Part shown: piece by piece, positions 1-10,114 of the stretch | Layout of the letters: the number at the start of each line of letters is the position of its first letter | Numbering within the stretch: position 1 is the first letter of the stretch | Source: a bacterium | GTDB lineage: Bacteria; Sysuimicrobiota; Sysuimicrobiia; Sysuimicrobiales; Kaftiobacteriaceae | DNA: 60,011 nucleotides | Reading direction: 5' to 3' | Assembly: GCA_044868695.1 (NCBI GenBank) | Contig: JBIOWP010000056.1 | Location: 1-60,011 of the forward strand | Notes under the pieces: generated by a model | What the model was told of the DNA's origin: nothing | The model's database searches: none | Seen by the model: only the letters and a program-made list of their open reading frames with translations | Translations under genes and position numbers: made by a program

Positions 1-356
1 CGATGCTGGTGAACGAGGGCATGCCAAACTACGTCGTCGAGCGGTTGAAACTGCGGTGGCCGCTGAAAACCCTGACCGTGGGGATTCTGGGCATGGCGTT
101 CAAGGCGAATCACGACGATCCGCGCGAGAGTCTCTCGTTCAAACTTAAGAAGATACTCGAACTGGAAGCGCGGCGCGTGCTGTGCTCCGACGTGTACATC
201 GCCGATCCGGGATTCGTCAGCCCTACGCAGTTGATCCGGGAGGCGGACCTCGTTATTCTGGCCACCCCGCACCGGGAGTACGCCTCGCTGGACTACGGGG
301 AGAAGCCAGTGGTCGATATCTGGAATTTCCTGCCTGCGCGGGGTTCCGACGTATGA
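1..356 (+). CDS. Nucleotide-sugar dehydrogenase, C-terminal UDP-binding part (truncated by window edge)
   Basis: VNEGMP...VGILGMAFKANHDDPRESLS and ADLVILATPH match the C-terminal domain of the UDP-glucose/GDP-mannose dehydrogenase family. Confidence 0.85.
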   Translation, partial: MLVNEGMPNYVVERLKLRWPLKTLTVGILGMAFKANHDDPRESLSFKLKKILELEARRVLCSDVYIADPGFVSPTQLIREADLVILATPHREYASLDYGEKPVVDIWNFLPARGSDV

Positions 357-1372
357 AGATTCTGGTCACCGGCGCGGCGGGGTTCATCGCCGGGTACGCG
401 ATCGATGAACTGCTGCGGCATGGCCATACGGTTGTCGGCATCGACAACTACTCGAAGTACGGGGAGGTTACGAAGAGCTACTCCGACCATCCACGCTACC
501 GTTTCGTCCGCGGGGACGCAAAAGACGCCGAGCTGCTGAGGCTCCTCATGGCCGACTGCGATCAGGTCATCGCCGCTGCCGCGATGATCGGCGGGATCTC
601 GTATTTCCATGAATTCGCCTATGACCTGCTGGCGGAGAACGAGCGGATCATCGCTGCCACGTTTGACGCTGCGATCGCGGCGTTCCGGTCGGGGCGACTG
701 AAGAAGATTAACGTGATGTCGTCCTCAATGGCGTTTGAGGCGGCGACGACCTTTCCCACCCCCGAGGGCGAACAGTTCCGCTGCCCCCCACCGCGGTCGA
801 CGTACGGGTTTCAAAAGGTGGCCTGCGAGTACTTCGCCCGCGGCGCGTCCGAGCAGTACGGCCTCCCCTACACGATCATCCGGCCGTTTAACTGCGTCGG
901 GATCGGCGAGCAGCGGGCACTCGTGGGCCGAGACGTTCTATCCGGCAACGTCCACCTGGCGATGAGCCACGTCGTCCCGGACCTGGTACAGAAAGTCCTG
1001 CGGGGGCAGGACCCCCTACACCTCATCGGCAGCGGGCACGAGATCCGGCACTTTACCTATGGGGGAGACCTGGCCCGGGGGATTCGCCTCTGTGTGGAGC
1101 GGGACAGCGCCGTCAATGAAGACTTCAACCTGTCGACAGACCGGTCCACGACGATCCTCGAGGTGGCACAGTTGATCTGGGCCAAGATCCACGGGGATCG
1201 GGAGTTCCGGTATGTCTGCGACCCGCCGTACAAGTACAACGTCCAGAAACGGATCCCCGACACCGCGAAGGCGAGGCGGATGCTGGGGTTCGTCGCCGAA
1301 ACCGAGCTGGCCACAGTGCTGGACGAGGTCATTCCCTGGGTCGAGGCGCAGATTCGCGTCGAGGCCATCTGA
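353..1372 (+). CDS. NAD-dependent epimerase/dehydratase (extended SDR)
   Basis: ATG at 353 overlaps the previous TGA (ATGA); ILVTGAAGFIA Rossmann motif, YGFQK (YxxxK), IRPFN. Confidence 0.9.
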   Translation: MKILVTGAAGFIAGYAIDELLRHGHTVVGIDNYSKYGEVTKSYSDHPRYRFVRGDAKDAELLRLLMADCDQVIAAAAMIGGISYFHEFAYDLLAENERIIAATFDAAIAAFRSGRLKKINVMSSSMAFEAATTFPTPEGEQFRCPPPRSTYGFQKVACEYFARGASEQYGLPYTIIRPFNCVGIGEQRALVGRDVLSGNVHLAMSHVVPDLVQKVLRGQDPLHLIGSGHEIRHFTYGGDLARGIRLCVERDSAVNEDFNLSTDRSTTILEVAQLIWAKIHGDREFRYVCDPPYKYNVQKRIPDTAKARRMLGFVAETELATVLDEVIPWVEAQIRVEAI

Positions 1373-1377
1373 GCGCG

Positions 1378-2097
1378 GTGGGGCAGGCAACCGACACGCC
1401 GTTGGAGATGGAGCATCTCCTCAGCATCATTGTTCCCGTCTACAACGAGGGGGAAAATTTCCAGGCGCTCTACCGAGAGCTGCAAGCCAGCGTGCGCACG
1501 CCGCATCAGGTGTTTGTCGTCTACGATTTCGACGAGGACGATACCATCCCGGTAGTGCGGACGCTACAGCAAAACAGTGCTAGCTTGAGGTTGGTCAAGA
1601 ATCGATCGCGCGGTGTCCTGGCCGCCCTTCGCACTGGGTTTGCCATCGCGCCGCCCGGTCCGTGTGTCGTCGTGATGGCCGATCTCTCCGACGATCTGGA
1701 CTGCGTGGACCTGATGGTCGACAAGTACCGCCAGGGGTACAAGATCGTCTGCGCCAGCCGATACATGCGGGGAGGACGGCACCTCGGAGGCTCGCCGGTG
1801 AAACGCACGCTCTCCCGTCTGGCCGGGCTGACGCTGCACCGGCTGGCCAACCTGCCCACCCACGACGCAACCAACAACTTTCGCTTGTACGATCGTGCGA
1901 TGCTCGATGACTTGACAATTGAGAGTCGGGGATTTGAAATCGCCCTGGAGATCACGGTTAAGGCGGCGAAGCGTGGGTACCCGATCTGCGAAGTGCCCAC
2001 GACCTGGCGCGACCGGACGGTCGGAACCTCCAGGTTCAAGCTGGCAAAATGGCTGCCCCATTACTTGCGGTGGTACCTGTACGCCCTCCGAGGGTAA
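1378..2097 (+). CDS. GT2 glycosyltransferase, polyprenol-phosphate glycosyltransferase (DPM1/GtrB-like)
   Basis: LSIIVPVYNE, VVMADLSDD, ASRY, DATNNFRLY, GFEIALE, EVPTTWRDR. Confidence 0.88.
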   Translation: MGQATDTPLEMEHLLSIIVPVYNEGENFQALYRELQASVRTPHQVFVVYDFDEDDTIPVVRTLQQNSASLRLVKNRSRGVLAALRTGFAIAPPGPCVVVMADLSDDLDCVDLMVDKYRQGYKIVCASRYMRGGRHLGGSPVKRTLSRLAGLTLHRLANLPTHDATNNFRLYDRAMLDDLTIESRGFEIALEITVKAAKRGYPICEVPTTWRDRTVGTSRFKLAKWLPHYLRWYLYALRG

Positions 2098-2100
2098 CCG

Positions 2101-2535
2101 GTGCGCAGCGGTTTGCCCGTTGATCGGCGCGCGGTTCCGGGCTGGGCTAAGCCGACCCGGGGTGAGCAGCAGGCGCTGCGATTCATAACGGCCGGTGCGG
2201 CGACTGCGATTCTGGACATGACTCTGCTGTACCTTCTGACAGAGCTGGTCCACCTGTACTATCTGGTTTCCGTGGCGATCGCCTTTCTCGCGGCGTCGGC
2301 CGCCAGTTACGCCGTGAGCGCGAACTGGATCTTCTGGCGGGGACGACACCGAGAGCAGGTGGAAGCCCTGCTATTCCTGGTGACGAGCGCGGTCGGCCTG
2401 CTGCTGAACGAGGTGGTTGTCTACGTACTTGTGGAGTTTGCGGTGGTGTGGTACTTGACCGCGAAGATCGTCGCGATTGCCGTCGCGGCCCTGTGGAATT
2501 TCTGGTGCCGGAGGCGGCTTGTCTTTGCATCCTAG
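2101..2535 (+). CDS. GtrA-family small flippase-like membrane protein
   Basis: About 4 TM helices, RFITAGAATAILD N-terminal pattern, AKIVAI...WNF...RRLVF end; next to the DPM-like GT2. Confidence 0.85.
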   Translation: MRSGLPVDRRAVPGWAKPTRGEQQALRFITAGAATAILDMTLLYLLTELVHLYYLVSVAIAFLAASAASYAVSANWIFWRGRHREQVEALLFLVTSAVGLLLNEVVVYVLVEFAVVWYLTAKIVAIAVAALWNFWCRRRLVFAS

Positions 2536-2539
2536 CCGA

Positions 2540-4177
2540 ATGGACAGGCTCGCGCGCGTCCTCAGCTGGCCGGTTCGCGCCGGACATCAGGTGGCAGCGG
2601 GAGTGACATACGCCCGCGTGACCATGGGCAAACCCGCCCGCACGGAGGTCGCGGCTGATGCCATCGGGGCGCGACTGGCCTCACGCGCGGGAAGCTTTCT
2701 CGATACTGTGGAGCGGGCGATCGTTGGGTACCGCGACAGTCCCTACCGTGCGCTCCTTGACGCCGCGGGCATCGAGATGCCTCGCCTCCGCGTCCTCGTT
2801 GCTACAGAGGGGGTGGAGGGCGCCCTGCGCCAGCTGTGTAAGAGTGGTGTCTATGTCTCCATCGAGGAGTTTAAGGGCGTCCGAGAGGCACGGCGTGGGG
2901 CGCACACGTTCCGCTTCAACGAAAAGGATTTCAACAACCCCCTGGTCCGCTCCGGTCTGCAGGCCTCCTCGGGAGGCACACGCAGTCGTGGTATCATCAC
3001 GACGATTTCGCCATCCAACCAGCGGATGGGCGCCGAACACCTTGCGGTTGCTCTGGCCGCCTACGGGCTGGAGAGACTCCCGGTGGCGGTCTGGCTCCCG
3101 AGACGACACGGTGCCAGCGTATGGGCAGTCCTCGCGCTTGCCGCAACCGGCAACTCCGCCCCGTACTGGTTTAATCAGTTTCCGAGCCGACTGCGCCATG
3201 TTGTCCAGACTGCGCCGCACCAACTGGCGATCCGTGCGTGGTGCTCCCTTCATGCGATCAGGCTTCCGCGGCCGGTCCACGTGCCTTACGGCGAAGAGGC
3301 AAGGGTCTTACCGTGGATCACGGACCGGCGCGCCGCTCCCGGCTGGGGTATTTTTACCACACCGAGCACCGCGCTCCGCGTGGCGCTGACGGCCAAGCGG
3401 GCGGGCACGTCGTTGTCCGGGGTGACCTTTATTACGATCGGCGAGCCGCTCACCCCGGCCAAGCTTGAAGGGATCCGAGACGCCGGCGCGCAGGCGTTCT
3501 CGTCGCTTGGGTTTACGGAGTTTGGAAGGGCGACCTACGGCTGTGCTGCACCGGCCAGCGCCGACGACACGCACATCTGCCGCGACGCCGTTGCGGTCAT
3601 CCAGCGCCGGCGCCCGGTGGATCGAATGGGGAGCGAGATCGACGCGCTGCTATTCACCTCACTGTTGCCGGATGCCCGTCGGATCCTGCTTAACATGGAG
3701 ACCGGCGACTACGCGACGATGACAGCGCGCCGCTGTGGGTGCGGACTCGAGCGAATGGGATGGACGGACCACCTGGAGGGAATTCGCAGCTTTGAAAAGT
3801 TCAACGCAGAGGGTCGCCTCTTCTTCGGCTCGCAACTCATCGCTCTCATCGAGGATGTGCTCCCTACCCGCTTCGGCGGGGACCCCACAGACTACCAGCT
3901 TGTCGAGCACGAGGATCATGAGGGCTTGACCAGGATGGATCTCCTGGTGCACCCGCGGTTAGGAGCCATCGACGAGGCAGGGGTGCGGCAGTGCATCACA
4001 GAGGCGCTCGTCGAGTCCCACGGGCGCCGAGTGGCACGTCCCCATGGCTGGTGGGATGAGACGGGCACAGTCCGCGTACGGCGTGCCGTTCCCATCCTGA
4101 CGAAGGCCGGCAAGCTCATGCCGCTGCACCAGCTCGGGCTGCAGCCTCCGGTGGATGGAGAGCTACCCGCGGAATGA
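2540..4177 (+). CDS. Phenylacetate-CoA ligase (PaaK/CapK)-like adenylate-forming enzyme
   Basis: Divergent ANL motifs: SSGGTRSRG P-loop, IGEPLT, LGFTEFG (YGxTE), METGDYA (RTGD), C-terminal TKAGK. Confidence 0.7.
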   Translation: MDRLARVLSWPVRAGHQVAAGVTYARVTMGKPARTEVAADAIGARLASRAGSFLDTVERAIVGYRDSPYRALLDAAGIEMPRLRVLVATEGVEGALRQLCKSGVYVSIEEFKGVREARRGAHTFRFNEKDFNNPLVRSGLQASSGGTRSRGIITTISPSNQRMGAEHLAVALAAYGLERLPVAVWLPRRHGASVWAVLALAATGNSAPYWFNQFPSRLRHVVQTAPHQLAIRAWCSLHAIRLPRPVHVPYGEEARVLPWITDRRAAPGWGIFTTPSTALRVALTAKRAGTSLSGVTFITIGEPLTPAKLEGIRDAGAQAFSSLGFTEFGRATYGCAAPASADDTHICRDAVAVIQRRRPVDRMGSEIDALLFTSLLPDARRILLNMETGDYATMTARRCGCGLERMGWTDHLEGIRSFEKFNAEGRLFFGSQLIALIEDVLPTRFGGDPTDYQLVEHEDHEGLTRMDLLVHPRLGAIDEAGVRQCITEALVESHGRRVARPHGWWDETGTVRVRRAVPILTKAGKLMPLHQLGLQPPVDGELPAE

Positions 4178-5655
4178 ACCGTCTGGTGCCGGCGCTCATC
4201 TTCGCCCTCTCGCTTGCCGTCTACGGTCTGTATGGCTTCCGCGGCGAGTTAACTCGAGATCAGGCCATCTACATGTATAGCGGCCAGCGCTTGACTCAAG
4301 GCGTGCTCCCCTATGTGAGCATCTTCGACCACAAAGGTCCGTTGGCACTCATGCTCACGGCCCCAGGGGTGTGGCTGGCGCAAACGCTGGAGTGGGACGA
4401 TCTCCTGATGGCACGTCTGCTATTTCTCGGGTTCGCGGGTCTGACCGTGGCGCTCATCTATCGGTTGGGGGAGGGGCTCCTCGGAGCACGCACCGGTCTC
4501 TTCGCGGCCCTCACCTGCTTGGGGTTTGTCAACGTTGCCCGCAACGCGGCGTCCGGGCCACATCCCAAGACCGCGATGCTCCTGTTCGAGACCCTGAGCC
4601 TACTGTGCATGGTGCAACGCCGCTGGTTCTGGGCCGGCGTCGCCGGGTCGCTGGCAGGGCTCATCTGGCAGCCCGCCGCCGTCTTTGCTGTGACCACCCT
4701 GATCCTGGCTGCCGTCCATCCCCGCGGCGCGCGGCGCCGCGCGGTCGCTCTCACAGGGCTCGGCATCGGATTGCCGGTCATCGCGGTCGCGGCGGTTTTT
4801 GCGGCGCGGGGGGCGCTTCCGGCGATGCTCGACGGCGCGGTCCTCTTCAACCTGCGGTATCTGGACCGGTGGCCGGGGTCTCTAGCGGCCCAGGCGATCA
4901 ACGTGATTGGAGATATCCTGGCCGGATACCGCATGATGGTGCTGCCGATCGGCATTGGCCTCTTCATGATGGGTGTCATCTACATCTGGCGCCGCCTCCA
5001 GCATCCGTCCGCCTGGGAGACGCTGACGCGTGATCCATTCTCTCCGCTGTTCCTGTCCCTCCCAGTCCCGGTCGCATGGTCCGTGGTGGATTTTCAGGGC
5101 CCGCCGGACCTGTACATCTTCCTGCCATTCGTGGCTCTGGGATTCGCGAGGTTCTTAGATCTGGCCGCATCGCACATCGCAGCCGTGCATGTGCCTGGCG
5201 CACAGTCGCGGAACGCCCAGCGGGCCTCGACGCTGGTCACGGCAGGGCTGTCCGCGGTGCTGGTTGCTGGGGCCGTGGCCGGAGTCGTCGCGGAGCGTGA
5301 AGCGGGTCTGGACAGCCAGCGGGCGGCAGCGATGCAGATTCTCACGCGCTTCGGCGCACGCAGCCGCTACCTCTCCCTCGGCACGCCCGAGTTCTTCGTA
5401 CTGGTCCATCAGGTTAATCCGAACCCGTACCTCTTCATCGTGAACGGCATCGACCGGCGGATCGCGGCTGGGGAGCCGGACGGATTCGAAGGGTGGCTAC
5501 GGTCGCTGGAAGCGTACGATCCTGAGGTCATCATGTTCGGCCTGACTCGGGGGGCGTACCGGAACAAGTTGGTGCAGTGGCTGGCGGCGCGATACCAGGA
5601 GGAGCGAATCGGGGGATGGAGGCTATATGTCAAATCCGTGGGAGCCGGACCGTGA
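4174..5655 (+). CDS. GT-C fold membrane glycosyltransferase (GT39/ArnT/PMT-like)
   Basis: Polytopic membrane protein with RDQAIY and FDHKGPL in the first external loop, plus a soluble C-terminal domain. Confidence 0.75.
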   Translation: MNRLVPALIFALSLAVYGLYGFRGELTRDQAIYMYSGQRLTQGVLPYVSIFDHKGPLALMLTAPGVWLAQTLEWDDLLMARLLFLGFAGLTVALIYRLGEGLLGARTGLFAALTCLGFVNVARNAASGPHPKTAMLLFETLSLLCMVQRRWFWAGVAGSLAGLIWQPAAVFAVTTLILAAVHPRGARRRAVALTGLGIGLPVIAVAAVFAARGALPAMLDGAVLFNLRYLDRWPGSLAAQAINVIGDILAGYRMMVLPIGIGLFMMGVIYIWRRLQHPSAWETLTRDPFSPLFLSLPVPVAWSVVDFQGPPDLYIFLPFVALGFARFLDLAASHIAAVHVPGAQSRNAQRASTLVTAGLSAVLVAGAVAGVVAEREAGLDSQRAAAMQILTRFGARSRYLSLGTPEFFVLVHQVNPNPYLFIVNGIDRRIAAGEPDGFEGWLRSLEAYDPEVIMFGLTRGAYRNKLVQWLAARYQEERIGGWRLYVKSVGAGP

Positions 5656-6524
5656 CCGAATCTGCGGCACCGACGCCGGCGCTCGTCGCAGAGGCGCACG
5701 ACCCTGCTGCCGCGCAGGACGAGAATGCCGTCGTGCGGGTGAGGGTGGCGGTGATTGATCTCGAAGCTCTGCGGGCGGTCGGCGCGGCGACCACCGTCGA
5801 GGTGGGTTTCGCGGGCGAGGTCGAATGTGCCGGGAAGGGCTCGGGCCTCCAGCCGGGCGACCTGGTTGCCGGCACCGGTCCCCTCGCCGACCGCATCGTG
5901 GCGCGAGCCGCCGACCTGCTCGCCTGCCCTTCGGGGATGGCGGCGGAGACGGCCGCGATGGCACCCCTCCTCAGCTCCGCCCTCGCGGCAGCGCAGTGGG
6001 CCTGGATTCAACCCGGCGACCGCGTGCTCATCAACGGGAGCGGACTTGCGGCGTCGATCATCACCCGGCTGGTGACGATGCAGCCTGGGGTTCTGCTAAC
6101 CAGAGATCCCGGCCTTTCCGATCGGCCCGGGCCTATCGCGGCAGACGGGATCAACGATATGTGCGATCTGCTCTTCGATACTACCGGTGATCCCGCATGC
6201 TGGGCGCTCGGCCTGGGGCGGATTGCCGACCGAGGGCGTGTTGCGCTGCTCCTTCCGCAAGGAAGGCAGATTTATCCATTTGACTTTTACTCGGACGTCC
6301 ATCGCCGCGCACTTGCGATGGCGGCGTGGCGCGTGCCATCCCGTTCCGCGTGGCGCGCGGGTGTGCACACGCATGCGGCATGGCTAGTGCACGTGCTCCG
6401 GCACGAGGTGACCGGCATCGAGCTGGTCCGCATTCCGGCCGCGTCGCTCACGCCTGGCACGGGAGTCGTACCCCCCAGGTCCGACGGCATCGGCGGCATC
6501 TCAGTCTGGTGGCCATCGACATGA
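5652..6524 (+). CDS. Divergent medium-chain dehydrogenase/reductase (MDR)-like protein
   Basis: GTG overlaps previous stop; GFAGEVE..G.GSGLQPGDLV GroES-like motif, QPGDRVLINGSG, DLLFDTTG. Confidence 0.6.
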   Translation: MTESAAPTPALVAEAHDPAAAQDENAVVRVRVAVIDLEALRAVGAATTVEVGFAGEVECAGKGSGLQPGDLVAGTGPLADRIVARAADLLACPSGMAAETAAMAPLLSSALAAAQWAWIQPGDRVLINGSGLAASIITRLVTMQPGVLLTRDPGLSDRPGPIAADGINDMCDLLFDTTGDPACWALGLGRIADRGRVALLLPQGRQIYPFDFYSDVHRRALAMAAWRVPSRSAWRAGVHTHAAWLVHVLRHEVTGIELVRIPAASLTPGTGVVPPRSDGIGGISVWWPST

Positions 6525-6576
6525 TGGCGCCGATGGCGGCGCGCCCTGTAGGCATGCCGCGCCTGCTTGTGAGATC

Positions 6577-7953
6577 ATGGCGAGCCTAAACCTCGTTTTC
6601 GTCATCTTCGATAGCGCCCGCCGGGATCGGTTCGGCTGCTATGGCTACGGTCGCCCGACCACTCCGGCCGTGAATGCCCTGGCGAGCGAAGGGCTGGTCT
6701 TCGATCAGATGATCACTCCGGCGCCATGGACGGTTCCCAGCCACGGCAGTCTCTTCACCGGCCTCTATCCGCGGGAACACGGAGGGCAGTGGCCAGTGCC
6801 GCTGGTGCGAAAGGACTGCATCCGGCTCGCCCAGCACCTGCAAGCGCATGGCTACGCGACGGCGTGCGTCAGCGCCAACCCACTCCTCACCCGAGGCGGG
6901 CTGAACGAGGGTTTTCAGATAGCACTGGCGCGCAAGGACCTGAATGGCTCGGTCCTCCGCCGGCGCCTCAGGTTCGTCCTTGGGCTCCACGACAGTGGGT
7001 CGGCGGCGGTGACCAGCCGTGCGGCGCAGTTGATGGGAGGAGCATTGCGGCCGCCGTTCTTTGTGATGCTCAACTTCATGGAGTGTCACTGGCCGTACTT
7101 CCCTCCAGTGCGGTTCCTGCAGCGGTTCCTCCCTGGTTCCCACACGTGGCTTCGGGCTGCCTGGCACCGGATGCGCGATCGCGAGCAGCAAGCCTGGGAA
7201 TCGATCGCCGTCGCCGATGACGAGCAGCTGGCCGTGCTGCAGGGGATGTACGATGCTGCTCTGGCGACCGTCGATGATCGTTTTGGGTTCTTGCTGGAGG
7301 CGCTCCGCCAGAGCCGGCATGTGGATGACACCGTGGTCGTCGTCGCCGCGGATCACGGCGAAAACATCGGCGATCACGGCCTGGCGACCCATCAGGGTTC
7401 TCTGCACCGCACCCTGATTCATGTGCCGTTCATCGCTCGTATTCCGGGTCGCAGTCCGGCGCGGATCTCCGGGCTGGTCCAGTTCACCGATGTCTTCGCC
7501 GGGGTGTGCAGACTCTTGGGGCTCGAGCCGCCCGCCGAAGTGCGAGAACGGCCGATGGGCGTAGATCCGTTCAACCTCCACGATGGTGAGCCGGGCCGCC
7601 CCTATGCATTTGCGGAGTGGCGGCACTGGGGCCGCGAGCCCGTGCGGCGCATGCAGCGCCAGTCACCCCATTTTGATTTCAGCATGATTCCCGACGGGCT
7701 CGAGGTGGCGCAGGACCGGCGGTTCAAGCTGGTCGTCCGGCAGGACACCGGTGACGCCGCCCTCTACGATCTCGACGTGGATCCCGATGAAACTCACAAC
7801 GTCGCGGGGTTGTACCCTGAGCAGGTCGCGCGACTCCGCCGCGCTCTGCAGGACTGGCACACGCAGTTCCCAGCAGTGACCATGACCGCGGCGTACACCT
7901 CTGAAGAGGTCGCGGCTGTGGAGACGCGCCTTCGCGAACTGGGGTATCTCTAG
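6577..7953 (+). CDS. Sulfatase-fold (alkaline phosphatase superfamily) protein, paralogue 1, TxPSH type
   Basis: NLVFVIFDSARRD, PAPWTVPSHGSLFTGLYP, ADHGE, LYDLDVDPDE, LRELGYL end. Confidence 0.88.
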   Translation: MASLNLVFVIFDSARRDRFGCYGYGRPTTPAVNALASEGLVFDQMITPAPWTVPSHGSLFTGLYPREHGGQWPVPLVRKDCIRLAQHLQAHGYATACVSANPLLTRGGLNEGFQIALARKDLNGSVLRRRLRFVLGLHDSGSAAVTSRAAQLMGGALRPPFFVMLNFMECHWPYFPPVRFLQRFLPGSHTWLRAAWHRMRDREQQAWESIAVADDEQLAVLQGMYDAALATVDDRFGFLLEALRQSRHVDDTVVVVAADHGENIGDHGLATHQGSLHRTLIHVPFIARIPGRSPARISGLVQFTDVFAGVCRLLGLEPPAEVRERPMGVDPFNLHDGEPGRPYAFAEWRHWGREPVRRMQRQSPHFDFSMIPDGLEVAQDRRFKLVVRQDTGDAALYDLDVDPDETHNVAGLYPEQVARLRRALQDWHTQFPAVTMTAAYTSEEVAAVETRLRELGYL

Positions 7954-7964
7954 ACGAGACGGCC

Positions 7965-9317
7965 ATGGCGCTGACCATACGTTCCGCGGAACAACGACAA
8001 TCTCGCGTCGGTTCGACATTTGAGCAGCGCGTCCAGACCCGGACGGCACGCATCGGGATCATCGGACTCGGCTACGTGGGTCTCCCGCTTGCCGTTGCCT
8101 ATTCCGAGCGGGGGTTCCGGGTCGTCGGGGTCGACAGCGACGTCACGAAGATCACGGCGATCATGCGCGGCCACTCATACATCAAGGATGTTCCCCCCGC
8201 AGCGGTCACCGCGACTGTGCGATTGAGGCGGTTATCCGCCCATGCCTCCTACAGTGCCCTGCGGGGAACCGACGTGGTCTTCATCTGCGTGCCGACGCCG
8301 TGCACTCGCAATAAAGAGCCGGATACCTCGTTCATCCGCGATGCGGCCGAGGGGATCGCGCCGTGGCTGCGCCGCGGCCAGCTGGTGATCCTCCGGAGTA
8401 CCAGCTATCCCGGGACGACGGATGAGTTGATGCGCCCGATCCTGGAGCGCGCGGGCCTGAAAGTCGGCCGGGACTTCTTCCTGGCGTTTGCGCCCGAGCG
8501 CGTGGATCCAGGGCGTCGAGACTACACCATTTCCAACACCCCGGTCGTAGTAGGCGGTTGCGACTCCGAGAGCACGCGCCGGGGCGCTCTGCTACTGGGG
8601 CAGGTCGTCGAGCGCGTGATCACGGTGTCCTCGCCGGCGGCGGCCGAGATGACCAAACTACTGGAGAACGTATTCCGGAACGTGAACATCGCCCTGGTGA
8701 ACCAGGTGGCGATCCTTTGCGACCGCATGGGGTTGAATGTCTGGGAGATTGTGGGCGCGGCAGCCACCAAGCCGTACGGGTTCCTGTCCTTCCAGCCGGG
8801 TCCGGGCGTCGGCGGGCACTGCATCCCCGTGGATCCCTACTATCTGGCCTGGAAAGCCAGGGAGTACGACTTCCACATGGATTTCATCGAACTCGCAGCG
8901 CGGGTCAACGATGAGATGCCCTATTACGTGACAACGAAGATCATGGTCGCTCTGAACGGCCACGCGGGTCAACGAAACGGCCGCCCTCGTGTGCTCGTGC
9001 TGGGAGTGGCATTCAAACGCGACGTGGAGGATTGCCGGCATTCCCCTGCGGTGAAGATTCTCGAGCTTTTGCTCCGGCAGGGGGTGCACGTCGCCTACCA
9101 CGACCCGTGGGTGCCCGCGCTGAGCCTCCTAGGCACGGTGCTGCGCAGCGAGCGGCTGACTGCCGAGTCGCTCCGCGCTGTCGACTGTGTGGTGATTGGC
9201 ACGGATCATACAGCGTTTGACTACGGCTGGATCGTCCGTCACGCTCGCGAAGTCTTTGATACGCGCAACGCCACCGCCCGTGTTCGGGCCGGGCGCGAGA
9301 AGATCGCCCGACTCTAA
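7965..9317 (+). CDS. Nucleotide-sugar 6-dehydrogenase (UDP-GlcNAc dehydrogenase WbpA/WecC-like)
   Basis: GLGYVGLP, CVPTP, PERVDPG, KLLENVFRNVNIALVN, GPGVGGHCIPVDP. Confidence 0.92.
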   Translation: MALTIRSAEQRQSRVGSTFEQRVQTRTARIGIIGLGYVGLPLAVAYSERGFRVVGVDSDVTKITAIMRGHSYIKDVPPAAVTATVRLRRLSAHASYSALRGTDVVFICVPTPCTRNKEPDTSFIRDAAEGIAPWLRRGQLVILRSTSYPGTTDELMRPILERAGLKVGRDFFLAFAPERVDPGRRDYTISNTPVVVGGCDSESTRRGALLLGQVVERVITVSSPAAAEMTKLLENVFRNVNIALVNQVAILCDRMGLNVWEIVGAAATKPYGFLSFQPGPGVGGHCIPVDPYYLAWKAREYDFHMDFIELAARVNDEMPYYVTTKIMVALNGHAGQRNGRPRVLVLGVAFKRDVEDCRHSPAVKILELLLRQGVHVAYHDPWVPALSLLGTVLRSERLTAESLRAVDCVVIGTDHTAFDYGWIVRHAREVFDTRNATARVRAGREKIARL

Positions 9318-10069
9318 TGCCACCAGCGCGCCGGCGGCGCCCTGACATCTCCAAACGCTCGGCGGAGGCAATCGTCCCGCTCGTCGTTGAGCTGATACGT
9401 CCGCAGCGAGTCGTCGATCTGGGCTGTGGTCGTGGGACATGGCTCGCGGCATTCCATGCACACGGTGTGCAGGAGGTCCTGGGAGTGGACGGTGAGTGGA
9501 CAGACCGTCGCCGGCTACAAATCCCCGCGGAGGCCTTTCTGCCCTTTGACCTGCGCCGGCCGCTGCACGTTGACCGGACGTTCGACCTCGCGGTCTCGTT
9601 AGAGGTGGCCGAGCATTTGCCGCTCTCTGCCGCAGAGACGCTTGTTGATTCGCTGGTCGCCCTGGCGCCTGTGATCCTTTTCTCCGCGGCGATCCCGTTC
9701 CAAGGCGGCAAAGACCATCTCAACGAACAGTGGCCGGAGTTTTGGATCAACCGTTTCGCCCGCCGCGAGTATGTCGCGATCGACTGCATTCGGCGGCGGA
9801 TCTGGGAGAATCCGGCCGTCGCGTGGTGGTATGCGCAGAACACGCTCGTGTTTGTCCGACGCGATGCCCTGGACCGCTACCCACAGCTCATGAGCGAGAT
9901 TAGCGATGAGACCCGACGGCCACCGGCGGTGGTGCATCCGCGCAAGTATCTGGAGATTGCCGATCCCTCACGGGCCTCGGCGCGGCGGGTGCTGGCGATG
10001 CTCCCGGCTCTCGCGAAGAGCGTCTTTGCGCGCCAGGTCCGCCGCCGCACCCCCACCGTCGGAGGTTAA
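9317..10069 (+). CDS. Class I SAM-dependent methyltransferase
   Basis: VVDLGCGRG motif I, FDLAVSLEVAEHL, FSAAIPFQGG.DHLNEQW. Confidence 0.88.
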   Translation: MPPARRRRPDISKRSAEAIVPLVVELIRPQRVVDLGCGRGTWLAAFHAHGVQEVLGVDGEWTDRRRLQIPAEAFLPFDLRRPLHVDRTFDLAVSLEVAEHLPLSAAETLVDSLVALAPVILFSAAIPFQGGKDHLNEQWPEFWINRFARREYVAIDCIRRRIWENPAVAWWYAQNTLVFVRRDALDRYPQLMSEISDETRRPPAVVHPRKYLEIADPSRASARRVLAMLPALAKSVFARQVRRRTPTVGG

Positions 10070-10114
10070 TGGGTCGCCGAGGTCATCGCGTGGACAATCA
10101 ATGGAGGGGATGAG

